Positions 9,314-19,369 of a stretch of DNA of 64,000 bases are shown piece after piece. The stretch is from positions 96,189-160,188 of the IMG/VR virus record IMGVR_UViG_3300033068_001957. The stretch is one strand, 5' to 3'. The translations under genes were made by a program, and so were the position numbers. Below the pieces are notes generated by a model. It ran no database searches. It was not told where the DNA came from and saw only the letters and a list, made by a program, of their open reading frames with translations. Source of the DNA: a virus. Taxonomy: Duplodnaviria > Caudoviricetes. Numbering within the stretch: position 1 is the first letter of the stretch; every line of letters starts with the position of its first letter.

Positions 9314-10270
9314 ATGAAATATCCTAACGCAAAAATCGCCACCTATAATAATGGCAATTCTTATTATGTCAGTTTCGGAAGTAGCCTATACCTAAACAAC
9401 AAGGGGGATGTCATGGATTGGGGCGACAAAAACCTTTCGACAGAAGAGAAAAATAAGTTGGTAAGTTTCCCCACAAAACAATCCGCCGAACAAGCTCTAG
9501 ATGCCTACAATAACATGAACAAAACCCGAGACTACGCCGCCCTAAAACAAGAAGGAATTGATAAGAAACTGTGCCCACCGACTTATGTTTATGTGGGTAG
9601 GGGCGATCCAGACTATCCATTAGTGTTAGATTGGAAAAGCGATAATGAAATATGTTACACTCGAAATCTTTGCTGTATTAGAGAAAATGGTACCATCGAC
9701 GATACTGGTTGGGAAGGGTCGTTCCCAGAAAGAGATTTTTGCGTCCCCAAAGAAATCTGGAACAAAAAATTTCCAACTAAAAAGAAAGAAATTACTCTTA
9801 ACGAGATTAAATCTCAATACGAAGAGGCCAAAAAGTTACTGGGAAAGAAGATTAAGAGACTAATCGGTTATAATGCTGGATCAATCCATAAAGTAGATGA
9901 GGTAAATCTTCATTTAGAAAATCCTCCGAAGGGAGAACTCCACAATAAGTTTTTCGCCGAAAATGGATACGTTATTTCTCTGCATGAAAGGAATATGCAT
10001 GAGGTTAATTCTGTTTTTATGGATGCAGCTTTTCAAGTGGTTGAAGAAATTACTGTCACCAATCATAGTGGACAATCCTATATCGCTAAAAATGAAGGCG
10101 ACTTTTGGGTTTTTGGTTGCGCCAGAATCGACAAGTCTCTATTGAAGGCGGCATATGACCTACTCAATGATAAAGCCACAACGAAAGGTAATCGTTCAGC
10201 CACAAAAGTAACAATTGGTGCTGCTGATTTCGATCTTGAAACACTGAAAAAACTTGTGGAAACCGCTTAA
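9314..10270 (+). CDS. hypothetical protein
   Basis: 318 aa ORF after the promoter at 9278. Confidence 0.75.
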   Translation: MKYPNAKIATYNNGNSYYVSFGSSLYLNNKGDVMDWGDKNLSTEEKNKLVSFPTKQSAEQALDAYNNMNKTRDYAALKQEGIDKKLCPPTYVYVGRGDPDYPLVLDWKSDNEICYTRNLCCIRENGTIDDTGWEGSFPERDFCVPKEIWNKKFPTKKKEITLNEIKSQYEEAKKLLGKKIKRLIGYNAGSIHKVDEVNLHLENPPKGELHNKFFAENGYVISLHERNMHEVNSVFMDAAFQVVEEITVTNHSGQSYIAKNEGDFWVFGCARIDKSLLKAAYDLLNDKATTKGNRSATKVTIGAADFDLETLKKLVETA

Positions 10271-10449
10271 TATCCTCCGCCATCTCAAATGTAAATTTAA
10301 CTACTACGCAGCAAATTCTACAAATTATTCGGTATCTGCTATGTGTGTGGAAATAAATTAAATTTCACTCGCCACGGATATGCAGTTTGTCCAAACGTAG
10401 ATTGCCGCAAAAGATATTGACACTCAAGGTTTTCGCCTTAATATATCAC

Positions 10450-10614
10450 ATGTCCACACCCACATTCAAAGCCATTGAAGCCGCCCTATTCTCCTTGATT
10501 GACAAGGACGCGACAACACCCTACGAGAAGGCTCTAAACGACCTCCTGCTAGATGCCCGCAATGACGCCCAAAAGCTCATCGCAAATATCGAATTGGAAA
10601 AGCTCAAAAAATAA
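10450..10614 (+). CDS. small hypothetical protein
   Basis: ATG directly after the promoter at 10417. Confidence 0.6.
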   Translation: MSTPTFKAIEAALFSLIDKDATTPYEKALNDLLLDARNDAQKLIANIELEKLKK

Positions 10615-11388
10615 TGCACCATCTCATTTCCCCAACACAAAAATTAGTGCCCCTCGTTAAAAAACACGGCCCATTACTTTTGCCGCATAAAGGAAAAATG
10701 ATCCCCCATAAATATTGCCAAAAAACAAACAAACTTATCCCATATCATGAAACTATTCGCAAATAGATTGTTTTACATACTCTTGTGGATTATTGCGTTG
10801 GCAATTATTATTCCATTGTCGGCAGTGATTTTCCCGATTTGCCTTTTGATTAAGGCACCCGAATCATTTTATTCTGGCTGGCCGCGAAAAATTTTACCGC
10901 CAAAGAAAACGAGAATCCAACAATTCGTTCCAGTTGCTAATAGCATTTTCAGCCAAAATTAAAATATGATTTCCTTAATTCGCGATTGTAGTATTTATGT
11001 TGATAATGGAAGTTTTTGTGGCGATGGTTGCTGCTGGAATGCATGGTGGGAAAGTGAGGAATTTCTCGCGGGCGAAGAGATTGACGAAACTGATCCACAT
11101 ATTGATATTTCTGGCTTGACATATGGCGAGGACTTTACTAGACTTTAAACTTATGAACAAATCCGCACTACTTGACAAAATCTGCCCCTGCCTGACAGGA
11201 AATCCCCGCGCTGACATTGCGCTTTGCGCCGAAAAATCCGCCGACTGGCAATTTAACATGGAATACCTTATTGGAGGACTGATTAAAAAATATGAGCACC
11301 AACCCGACGCCCTGACAAAGATTAAAAATGATTTGCAGTCTTTGGTTTTTGAATTAAATTCTGTTATTAACAACGCACGCTAAAATAT

Positions 11389-11646
11389 ATGAGCAAACCA
11401 GCAGGCACCCAATCCTATCTTTCCCCGACTCTCGCGGAACTAATGAAGCTTTATCAGCCAAACGAGCGAATCGACGTTCGCCGAGTTTCGCTGGAGAAGA
11501 AAATCCTAGAACAGGCAATGACCAACTTTTCCGCGCCACAAACAAAAGAAACGCCGCCAGAACCATCGTTCTCGGTCGAAAACTTTGACGAACCAGAAGA
11601 ATCACTTTTTGCTGTGGAATCATTCGAGGGCGAAAACGATAAATAA
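11389..11646 (+). CDS. hypothetical protein with acidic tail
   Basis: 85 aa ORF in the gene run. Confidence 0.6.
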   Translation: MSKPAGTQSYLSPTLAELMKLYQPNERIDVRRVSLEKKILEQAMTNFSAPQTKETPPEPSFSVENFDEPEESLFAVESFEGENDK

Positions 11647-11681
11647 CTTGATAATCTTCAATCACTAACCTACAATATCCC

Positions 11682-12017
11682 ATGAACAAAGACCAAATCT
11701 CAACCAGAATCAAAGAAATCGAAGCCGAACTCTCAAACCTTCGGGCCGAATTAAACAAGCCAGATCAAATTGTCGATTTTAAAGTCGGCGATGTATTTGC
11801 ATATGGAGGGGGGAAAGGAACGAAAGTTCTTATCTTGAGCGCTGGTTACAATTCGGATAGATATGAACTTGGGAACTGTCCTAACGCCCTGAATATTTGG
11901 TCTGATTTTTGTGGGAATGGAGCCACTAGAAAAGAAATTCTAGAAAAACTCAATAATAATTGCGCCAAATTCATCAAAAACATCAACAACGACCTAAACA
12001 AACTCGTCAATAATTAA
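11682..12017 (+). CDS. hypothetical protein, tandem paralog 1
   Basis: N-terminus MNKDQISTRIKEIEAELSNLRAELNKPD is shared with the next gene. Confidence 0.8.
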   Translation: MNKDQISTRIKEIEAELSNLRAELNKPDQIVDFKVGDVFAYGGGKGTKVLILSAGYNSDRYELGNCPNALNIWSDFCGNGATRKEILEKLNNNCAKFIKNINNDLNKLVNN

Positions 12018-12018
12018 T

Positions 12019-12375
12019 ATGAATAAAGATCAAATCACTGCCCGAATTCAAGAAATTGAAAATGAACTCTCAAACCTGAGAGCCGAACTAAACAAGCCAG
12101 ACAAGCTTACCGACTTTCAAATTGGCGACATTATCACAGCAGAAGGCGGATTATCGCCAGTTCTTATTACGGCCGCTAATTGGACATATGATAAAGACGG
12201 ATATCAAAAATATATGTTGGCGGGCTTGAATGGATTGATTACATTTTCAAATCATCCAGACGGCGCAACGAAAGAAGAAATTCTTAAGCACATTAATGGA
12301 TACAAAAACCCAAAAATCAAAGGAAACATTAATGAAGAAGTGGCCGATTTAATCTTTGCTTATGCAAAAAAATAA
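12019..12375 (+). CDS. hypothetical protein, tandem paralog 2
   Basis: N-terminus MNKDQITARIQEIENELSNLRAELNKPD. Confidence 0.8.
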   Translation: MNKDQITARIQEIENELSNLRAELNKPDKLTDFQIGDIITAEGGLSPVLITAANWTYDKDGYQKYMLAGLNGLITFSNHPDGATKEEILKHINGYKNPKIKGNINEEVADLIFAYAKK

Positions 12376-12391
12376 TCTAATAAACAAACAT

Positions 12392-12652
12392 ATGAGCAAA
12401 TACCTAAACATCGACTCAAAGCAAAACCCTCTTCCAGCGTTGGGGAAAACCAAGGCTCTTGTTGCTGATGGCGCGGAAATCATTTCGCCGCCCTCAAAAT
12501 GGGAAGAAAATCTTGTTTGCGTGGCAGATAATGGATTCTTTGAATGCGCCGCTTATTGTTATAGCGAGCAAGAAATGCAAGATTTCGCCTATCCAGACGG
12601 CAGACCCAAGCAGTGGTTGCGATATAAGCATGCAAAAACTCTTGCAAATTAA
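12392..12652 (+). CDS. hypothetical protein
   Basis: LVCVADNGFFECAAYCY...PDGRPKQWL; ATG at 12392. Confidence 0.7.
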   Translation: MSKYLNIDSKQNPLPALGKTKALVADGAEIISPPSKWEENLVCVADNGFFECAAYCYSEQEMQDFAYPDGRPKQWLRYKHAKTLAN

Positions 12653-12690
12653 TCTTGACAAATACTCACCAACAAAGTAAAATAAATAAT

Positions 12691-12945
12691 ATGAATACCA
12701 CCACACCACCAAACATCAAACATCTAGTCGAACGGGCGAAAGTTCTTTCGGCGGGAAAAATCCGAAACGCAGGAAGGCCAAAAAATTTAATGGCCGAATC
12801 TGAGGCTAAAATTATTTCCGCCATGCGCCAACAGAAGTGCTCCGTCTCCAGCATCTTCAAGGTAATGCGAGAAGAAAAACTTACATCGTATGACAATATG
12901 CAGAAATTCCGATTTGCTTATAATCAATATAAGCTTTACCACTAG
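12691..12945 (+). CDS. small basic putative DNA-binding protein
   Basis: GRPK motif plus HTH-like helices; leaderless after the promoter at 12655. Confidence 0.55.
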   Translation: MNTTTPPNIKHLVERAKVLSAGKIRNAGRPKNLMAESEAKIISAMRQQKCSVSSIFKVMREEKLTSYDNMQKFRFAYNQYKLYH

Positions 12946-13035
12946 GCAAGAAAAACAATTTGGGCTAATGGCGGCAATCCCGCAACAAATCTTCTCCTGA
13001 CCTCGCCCGATAGTCCGCGCAAAGAGAAGGTTTTG

Positions 13036-13104
13036 ACCCGTCAATACGAGAGACGTTCGCGACTCTTAGATTCGCCTAGCGGATCGTGTATTGGCGGGTT
13101 TTTT
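13036..13104 (+). ncRNA. three-way-junction RNA / terminator (C4-antisense-like architecture)
   Basis: CCCGTCAATAC/GTATTGGCGGG encloses hairpins AGAG..CTCT and GATTCGC/GCGGATC, followed by T6. Confidence 0.45.
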
Positions 13105-13106
13105 GT

Positions 13107-13162
13107 TTGACCGCAAATTCATCCCCCACCTAAAGAAAGGGGCTTTCTTTGCGCGTGATTTA
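13107..13162 (-). mobile_element. 56-bp non-autonomous IS200/IS605 end element (PATE-like)
   Basis: The minus strand reads TTAC|TAAATCACGCGCAAAGAAAGCCCCTTTCTTTAGGTGGGGGATGAATTTGCGGTCAA, homologous to both IS left ends. Confidence 0.7.
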
Positions 13163-13208
13163 GTAAAAACAATTTGACGCCGCGCAGTAATTAATATATC
13201 ATATACCC

Positions 13209-14138
13209 ATGTCCGACAACTTCCCAGAAATCCTAGGTCAGAAATCCCTCAAGGCAAAGCTCGACTTTGGCCTTCAAACCTTTGCGGCGAAAGAAGTTTT
13301 GCCATTTTATCTTTTCGCGGGGGCGAAGGGATTGGGCAAATCCATGGTGGCAAAAGCTTTTGGCCGCGCCATTTACAAGAAGGACAAGGAATACAAATGG
13401 ATCGAAATTAATTGCGCCAAATTCAAGAAAGCCGCCGACCTTTTTGATTCGCCCGAGTTTCAGAATGAAATCGTGGGACAGAAACGAGTGGTATTTGCAG
13501 ATGAAACGCATAATTTGCCTTTTGATATTGTTAATTCTTTTCTTACTATCTTTGCGACAGATGGCGGGCCGCAACGAACTATTCCGCATAATGGCTTGAC
13601 CATTGATTTGCGCGACCAAATCTTTCTATTTGGAACCAGTGAACCAGACAAAATTTTCGCCCCTTTGCGCGACAGATTTGAGGTTGTAACCATCGCCAAA
13701 TATTCAAACGCCGATCTAAAAAATATCCTGATTAATCGTTTCCCCGACATTGCAATTAACTCAGATTTGGCGGAAGAAATTGTTGTTCATACCAAGGGAA
13801 CACCCCGCTCTGTAGTTGATATGGCCAAAAAGGTCAATCGCTATTGCTCAATCAAGAAAACAAAAGAGTTTTCCGCCGCTGATTGGAAGGCTCTACTAAA
13901 GATGGATGATATTAAAATTCATGGACTCGACAGTGTTGAGCTAAATATCCTCAAGATTCTCGCAGAACGCGGCCCATGTTCTCTTAACGAGCTTAGGGCG
14001 GTGACGGGATTGTCTCGCATGGCACTCGTTAATAACCACGAAATCAATCTTCTCAAGACAAACTTCATGAAGATCAACCAGAAGAGAGAGATAACTTCTT
14101 TTGGCCGCAAAATTCTCGAAAACTTCAAGAACATTTAA
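13209..14138 (+). CDS. ruvB: RuvB-like AAA+ ATPase (Holliday junction branch migration helicase-like)
   Basis: Walker A GAKGLGKS, Walker B FADETH, PLRDRF arginine finger, GTPR sensor II, GLD-led C-terminal winged helix. Confidence 0.8.
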   Translation: MSDNFPEILGQKSLKAKLDFGLQTFAAKEVLPFYLFAGAKGLGKSMVAKAFGRAIYKKDKEYKWIEINCAKFKKAADLFDSPEFQNEIVGQKRVVFADETHNLPFDIVNSFLTIFATDGGPQRTIPHNGLTIDLRDQIFLFGTSEPDKIFAPLRDRFEVVTIAKYSNADLKNILINRFPDIAINSDLAEEIVVHTKGTPRSVVDMAKKVNRYCSIKKTKEFSAADWKALLKMDDIKIHGLDSVELNILKILAERGPCSLNELRAVTGLSRMALVNNHEINLLKTNFMKINQKREITSFGRKILENFKNI

Positions 14139-14369
14139 TATGCAACTCCAACTAAAAAACATCCGCGCATACGGCAAATGGTGTTATGGCTGCGAAAAAC
14201 ACGGCAAGGACATCATGCTTGCCTTTATGCATGAAGGCGACGAAAATCCCCATGGCGTACACGATCTTTTTCTTACCCAAGAAATGGCCGAATACCTTGT
14301 TTGTGAATTAACAGATGAAGTAAACAGAAACAAAGTTTGACTGATGAATAAACAAAAGTATATTCTCGT

Positions 14370-14798
14370 ATGACCAACCAAATCCCAGACGACCGACAAG
14401 TATTCGTTTCCGAAGTAAATCGGGCGAGCGATTACCTCCTATCCGACAAAGAGCGGCCAAAGAAAATCACTCCATATTTCTGCCTCGGGCGCGGCCACAA
14501 AACAAGAATTTTCATCAAGCAATTGAATTTGCCGCCAATTCCGCTGTTTCGCGACAACATCGAACTTCGTGAATCACTTAAGCCAAGAACAAAATCGCCA
14601 CTTTTCCGAGTCGTGGCCGCTGCCATTGCCAGCAAAACAAATGATTTAAAGGAACGAATCAGAACGGCCCAAAACTTTTCGCCGCGCCAAGATTATTCCG
14701 TTCTTTATCGGCTGGAACCACCAAAAGAGGGGGAAGAATCTTATTCTCCTTTGACGTGGGAAGATTTTCAGATTATGGTTAAAGATGCAAAAGCCTAA
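14370..14798 (+). CDS. hypothetical protein
   Basis: Leaderless after the promoter at 14337. Confidence 0.7.
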   Translation: MTNQIPDDRQVFVSEVNRASDYLLSDKERPKKITPYFCLGRGHKTRIFIKQLNLPPIPLFRDNIELRESLKPRTKSPLFRVVAAAIASKTNDLKERIRTAQNFSPRQDYSVLYRLEPPKEGEESYSPLTWEDFQIMVKDAKA

Positions 14799-14954
14799 GA
14801 ATTTATATGCAGTCTTTGTTTTAAAGGAGGGGCAAACAGAGTGGCTAAAACTTTCTGTTGAAATGTCTTATGGGGAAGCCCGCCGTTTTGGCAAACTTTG
14901 GAAACAAATGAGAAAACCCTCGGTATGGCGCGAAAAATTAAAGATTCAAAAAGT

Positions 14955-15389
14955 ATGAAGCATTTAACAGTTGACCATAATACTGAATTAAAGACTGGCG
15001 ACTTTGTAATTGTTGGTGGCAAATGGGCTGAAATTTACTGTGTCACAGAAGAAGCGGGTATTTTTACATCGCAAGGAAATATCTGCCGCACAAAATTGTA
15101 TAAATGGCAACCTAGTCCCGACATCCAGCCTTGGATTGTTTGCGCCGCCAATAGAAATAAAAATAACGGGCGAATCGTTTGTGGAGCACGACATTTTGAC
15201 CCCATTATGAGAGCGCAAATTGAAGCCTCCGAAGGATTTGTTTCTTGGCGCAATTCGGACCAAGGATTTATCGACCAATTTGGAAGGTTCTACGATAGAT
15301 GGGAAGCTTGGAAAATTGCCGAAAAGAATGGCCAAATCAAGAAAAAAGTCTCAACAGACGGAACCCTCTACTCAGAGAACTGCTGGTAA
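14955..15389 (+). CDS. conserved phage hypothetical protein
   Basis: IVCAA...GARH...QGFIDQFGRFYDR-EA...LYSE motif. Confidence 0.75.
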   Translation: MKHLTVDHNTELKTGDFVIVGGKWAEIYCVTEEAGIFTSQGNICRTKLYKWQPSPDIQPWIVCAANRNKNNGRIVCGARHFDPIMRAQIEASEGFVSWRNSDQGFIDQFGRFYDRWEAWKIAEKNGQIKKKVSTDGTLYSENCW

Positions 15390-15779
15390 TATATGCAAGA
15401 ATTAACCTACAAATTCGGCAGCGGCGGAGATATTTATTCAGTCTCTAAGGATGCAATCAATTTTGCCCGCCAACAAGTTGCGAGAGACAGCCAACCAGTA
15501 AGGGTTAGATTTCTTTTCAACGATCTAGAAGTTATTGCTTATAGCTCCAGCAGCCCATACGACATTGTAGAAAAATATAACTTGCAGCATTCCCTTCGCA
15601 GGGCTAGGTTAGGATATGAGGATTAAATACCACCCCGAGCTCCCCCTCGGCCCAAAAATAGAAAAAGGAACGGCCCAAACGTTTGTATTTCATCTGTTGG
15701 ATAGAAAAGTCAACCTACCCGATACAAAAGAGTGGAAAATTAGAATTGACACGGCCAAAAGTCTAAAGTAATATATCTT

Positions 15780-15981
15780 ATGAACAGAGAAACAACTACC
15801 AAATCTACCTCCCGCCTCTATATTTCCAAAAACGATCTAATCAGAGCCTTCAAAAAGATGGGCTGGCTAGACGAGAATGAAAACCGCCGAAATCTTTCTC
15901 CCTATTCCTGGTGGCGGAGACTATTCCAATATGGATTTTGAAATCGAAGGAGACGAAAAGCTTAAAGTAATTGTAAAATAA
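15780..15981 (+). pseudogene. frameshifted small ORF
   Basis: Removing one A at ~15880 extends the ORF to ETAEIFLPIPGGGDYSNMDFEIE...KVIVK*, abutting the next gene. Confidence 0.5.
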
Positions 15982-15982
15982 C

Positions 15983-16270
15983 ATGGAAATCATCGACCAC
16001 ACTCAACCACCAAAAGAGCCTCAGCCAATCAAACTAATCGGCTGTTTGCAAGCCACCCTAAAAAACGGCCAATTTTCCTTCGGCACAGAAGCAAACAAAG
16101 CAACAGGAATGTTCCCTAAATGGCCTACTCCATATGGATCGAATAAAATTGAGCGAATTTTCCGCCAGAATATTGACGGCGAATTATACGATGTAATGAT
16201 TATCAGCCGAAAAGATCAATTGCCATGTTTGTTTATCGGCCAATGGAATGATGGAGTTTGGGTTGATTAA
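15983..16270 (+). CDS. hypothetical protein
   Basis: 95 aa ORF in the gene run. Confidence 0.65.
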   Translation: MEIIDHTQPPKEPQPIKLIGCLQATLKNGQFSFGTEANKATGMFPKWPTPYGSNKIERIFRQNIDGELYDVMIISRKDQLPCLFIGQWNDGVWVD

Positions 16271-16632
16271 CAATATGCGCCCCCATAAACAACGCATCTA
16301 TCGCGAATGGATCAAACCATCCTGTTTGCACGACTATGGTATTTATAAGGACGAATACCAAAAATTGACTTGCTTTCAAAAACTTGTGTTCTATATTTTT
16401 GGCAACTAAAAAATAATATGTCAACTATTAATCTAAATAATCCCTCCCACATTGTTGTTGTCCTTTTTATTTATTTTTGCCTTACTGGATTGAATTATCT
16501 TTGGACAAGAGCGCCATGGGATACTTGCAAACTGCGCCTTATAGATGTTGTTTCCATTACTACTGCGGTTCTTAATTTATGCCTTGTATTAACGTTTTTA
16601 GGATGCATTGTTCGCATTATCTATAAAACAAT

Positions 16633-17109
16633 ATGACCCCACAACAAATCGCCCAATCTCTCGCCGTTCGTAAGGCGGGCTGTTTCTTTACTGTCAAAAT
16701 CCGCCGCCCATGCAAAACCCGCAAAGGCGTTGACTCAATCATTGAAAAAGAATCAATCTATCAGGGCCAGCTCTGCGACTATAGCGCCAAGTCTGCCGTC
16801 AAACAAGGAATCGAATCGGGCGAACGCGATGCGCCCGAACTTCCCAAAGGCATGAAGGAATCGTTTAAAGACGGAAACGCCAAATTCTACAGAGGATTTA
16901 ATGACCAAAAATACTTTGGTGTAGTCGTAGATGGGAACAAGCCCAAAAGCAAATATTATAAAAACGGCCAAATCGTTGAAAAAGATCAAATCATAGGAGA
17001 CCTGTTGGCTTCTGAACTTTCGCGACCCAAAACGAAACAAGAATTGGCCGAAAAGCGTCAGTCTCCGTTTGTTCTAATCAAGTGTGAGAATGTGTTGGAA
17101 ATTACTTGA
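16633..17109 (+). CDS. hypothetical protein
   Basis: 158 aa; the stop TGA overlaps the next -35 box. Confidence 0.75.
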   Translation: MTPQQIAQSLAVRKAGCFFTVKIRRPCKTRKGVDSIIEKESIYQGQLCDYSAKSAVKQGIESGERDAPELPKGMKESFKDGNAKFYRGFNDQKYFGVVVDGNKPKSKYYKNGQIVEKDQIIGDLLASELSRPKTKQELAEKRQSPFVLIKCENVLEIT

Positions 17110-17140
17110 TTATGGGATAAAGTTGGTATATCTTCCGAAC

Positions 17141-17716
17141 ATGAACTACCGCAAATATCTCTACCGCAATCTCCACGGCCTTGTTGACAAGGCTAAGGAC
17201 CATCTAAAGAACACGGGCGAAAACCTCACGATTGGATTTTCCGCCGCTCTTAAAAAGCACGACGTTCTTATGGCAAAAGTTGAAAAGCTTTATGCCGATG
17301 CTCGAAAGGGGGGTTATGATATTGCCAATACCCCACGATGGTCAGAAACGGTTAATAAGGCTGAAAACTTTCGTAGAGAAGCCGAAAAGCTCCTTACCGA
17401 TAATGTCCGTCCTTACTCTGGCAAGCAATCTGTAAGCGTTCACGTATTGGTAGGTTATTGTCCGCAAACAATTCCCTACTATCAAAAAATGGTTGAAGAG
17501 CTTCAAAAAACTTTCCCAGAAGCAGAAACGCGGGACATTGAATTGGGCAAAGTCAGCAAATCAAGCTGCGTTCAAGGATTTACGGCGATTATGTGGTGGG
17601 CAGGCGAAGTAGAGCTAGAACAAGATTGTTGTGATGAAGAACGATTCGTTTTGCCAAAAAGCAGAATCGGCGGCAAAGACTTTTATATCAGCGAACAGCA
17701 GGATTATTATCTTTGA
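17141..17716 (+). CDS. hypothetical protein
   Basis: ATG at 17141 after the promoter at ~17106. Confidence 0.7.
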   Translation: MNYRKYLYRNLHGLVDKAKDHLKNTGENLTIGFSAALKKHDVLMAKVEKLYADARKGGYDIANTPRWSETVNKAENFRREAEKLLTDNVRPYSGKQSVSVHVLVGYCPQTIPYYQKMVEELQKTFPEAETRDIELGKVSKSSCVQGFTAIMWWAGEVELEQDCCDEERFVLPKSRIGGKDFYISEQQDYYL

Positions 17717-18202
17717 ACTTGACGGTTTGAGATAAGCATTATATATTGAAGTCATGAAACTCTATAACCTGATTTGCTTGTTTGTCGGATTAATCCCCCT
17801 GTTGGCAATGATTGAACAGTGGATTATCAACTAATATGCAAACAACAACCTATTGTCTCCAGCATAAATGGCCAAGCTACCAAACGCAATGGCGCTGGGT
17901 TCCAGAACATGAGGGCTTGACAGAAGAACGCGCCTTTGAATTATTTAATAAATGTAAAATTTGGCATAAAAAGGGAAAAACAGGCTTGAAACAAAGAATT
18001 ATTAAGACTACAGTAACTAACGAAGTTGTTAAACGAACGAAATAATATGAGACTAATTTCTGGACTAATTCTTGGTTGGGGCGTTGGCGAGCTTTTCAAA
18101 GAGCATCCGAACGAGCGTGTTATGATGATTACGATGATGATTTCGCTGGCGATTACACAGATTCAACTTGCAATACTTGAAGCGAAAGAGTAAAGTAATA
18201 AT

Positions 18203-18691
18203 ATGGAAATGACCTTCCTATCGGCGCTGCCCGAATCTCATTATTGCCATTATTCTAATCCGCAGAGTCAGGGATCATTGATTCGCGAATCTAAAGATTG
18301 GCCCAAAGAAAAGAATTGCGGCAAACAAAAGGAATTTACTAACCCATGGGGCGAATATGCTGTATATAAGGGCAGAAGCTCGTTTAGATTCGGCGAAAAA
18401 AGCTATTCCGCCGAAGTCACAGACGGCGCGAAACAAGCCAGCGCATACTCTGATAGAATCAGCAGTTGGGATTACAAGAGATACCAAGCAGCAAACGAAA
18501 TCGCTGGCACTGGTTGTCAGGGATGGAGCCGAAATCTAAAAAACTTATCAGAAAAAGAGTTCTTGTGTTTCGCTGCCGTGGCTTTAAACCTAGAAGATAA
18601 GAAAATTCTTGCCGCAAGGGCAATTCATCACTACAATGTAGGTAATGGCTATTCTTGTCCGACAATTGAAGCGATTTATCTTGAACCATGA
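18203..18691 (+). CDS. hypothetical protein
   Basis: 162 aa; ATGA overlap with the next gene. Confidence 0.7.
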   Translation: MEMTFLSALPESHYCHYSNPQSQGSLIRESKDWPKEKNCGKQKEFTNPWGEYAVYKGRSSFRFGEKSYSAEVTDGAKQASAYSDRISSWDYKRYQAANEIAGTGCQGWSRNLKNLSEKEFLCFAAVALNLEDKKILAARAIHHYNVGNGYSCPTIEAIYLEP

Positions 18692-19338
18692 AATATTTTT
18701 ACCTAATCATCCTCGCGTGTCTCGGATTGACAATTCATCTTTCCTACGCCGAAACTGTTAAAGCAAAGGCCGAACAAAAGAAATTTAAGCTAATCGACGC
18801 TTTCAAGCACATGGCTGGCGAAGTAAAGAAAGTCTTCGCACCAAAAGCCAAATCCATTAAGCAAACCAAGGCCGTAAAAGTCTCTAGCTCTTACGATGTT
18901 CGCCAACATTCAATCATTACAAGCCACAGACTAAATGATGTTTTGGGCGGGGTTCTAAAGGGAAAGGGTCAAAAGTTCATCGACGAAGCTAGAAAAAACA
19001 ATCTCTGCCCGATTTTCTTTGCGGCCATTTGCATGCACGAATCAGCTAATGGAAATAGCAAGTTTTCGCGGGAAAAGAATAATATATTTGGTATCTTTAA
19101 GAACGGCAAATACCATAGTTTTGATAGTGTGGACGAATGTATTGAATTTACAGCTAAGCTCTTGGGGCGTAGTAAGTTATATGCAGGCGGCAAGGCCGTG
19201 ACTGTTGGAGCAATTCAGAAAGTATATTGTCCAGTCGGCGCTAAAAATGATCCAAAAGGATTGAATGGTTATTGGCTTGAGGGCGTACAAGACAAGATGA
19301 TTAAGATATGGGGTAAAGAAATTATGGTTACGCTTTGA
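18688..19338 (+). CDS. secreted glucosaminidase/lysozyme-fold protein (GH73-like)
   Basis: Signal peptide; AAICMHESANGNS, KNNIFG, FDSVDECI, IQKVYCP. Confidence 0.75.
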   Translation: MKYFYLIILACLGLTIHLSYAETVKAKAEQKKFKLIDAFKHMAGEVKKVFAPKAKSIKQTKAVKVSSSYDVRQHSIITSHRLNDVLGGVLKGKGQKFIDEARKNNLCPIFFAAICMHESANGNSKFSREKNNIFGIFKNGKYHSFDSVDECIEFTAKLLGRSKLYAGGKAVTVGAIQKVYCPVGAKNDPKGLNGYWLEGVQDKMIKIWGKEIMVTL

Positions 19339-19369
19339 CAGATTAAAAATTTGCCATTATAATAAACAC

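Noticed and set aside
11682-12375. Diversity-generating retroelement template/variable repeat pair
   Set aside because: Differences are not adenine-specific, both copies are coding, and no reverse transcriptase is present in the window.
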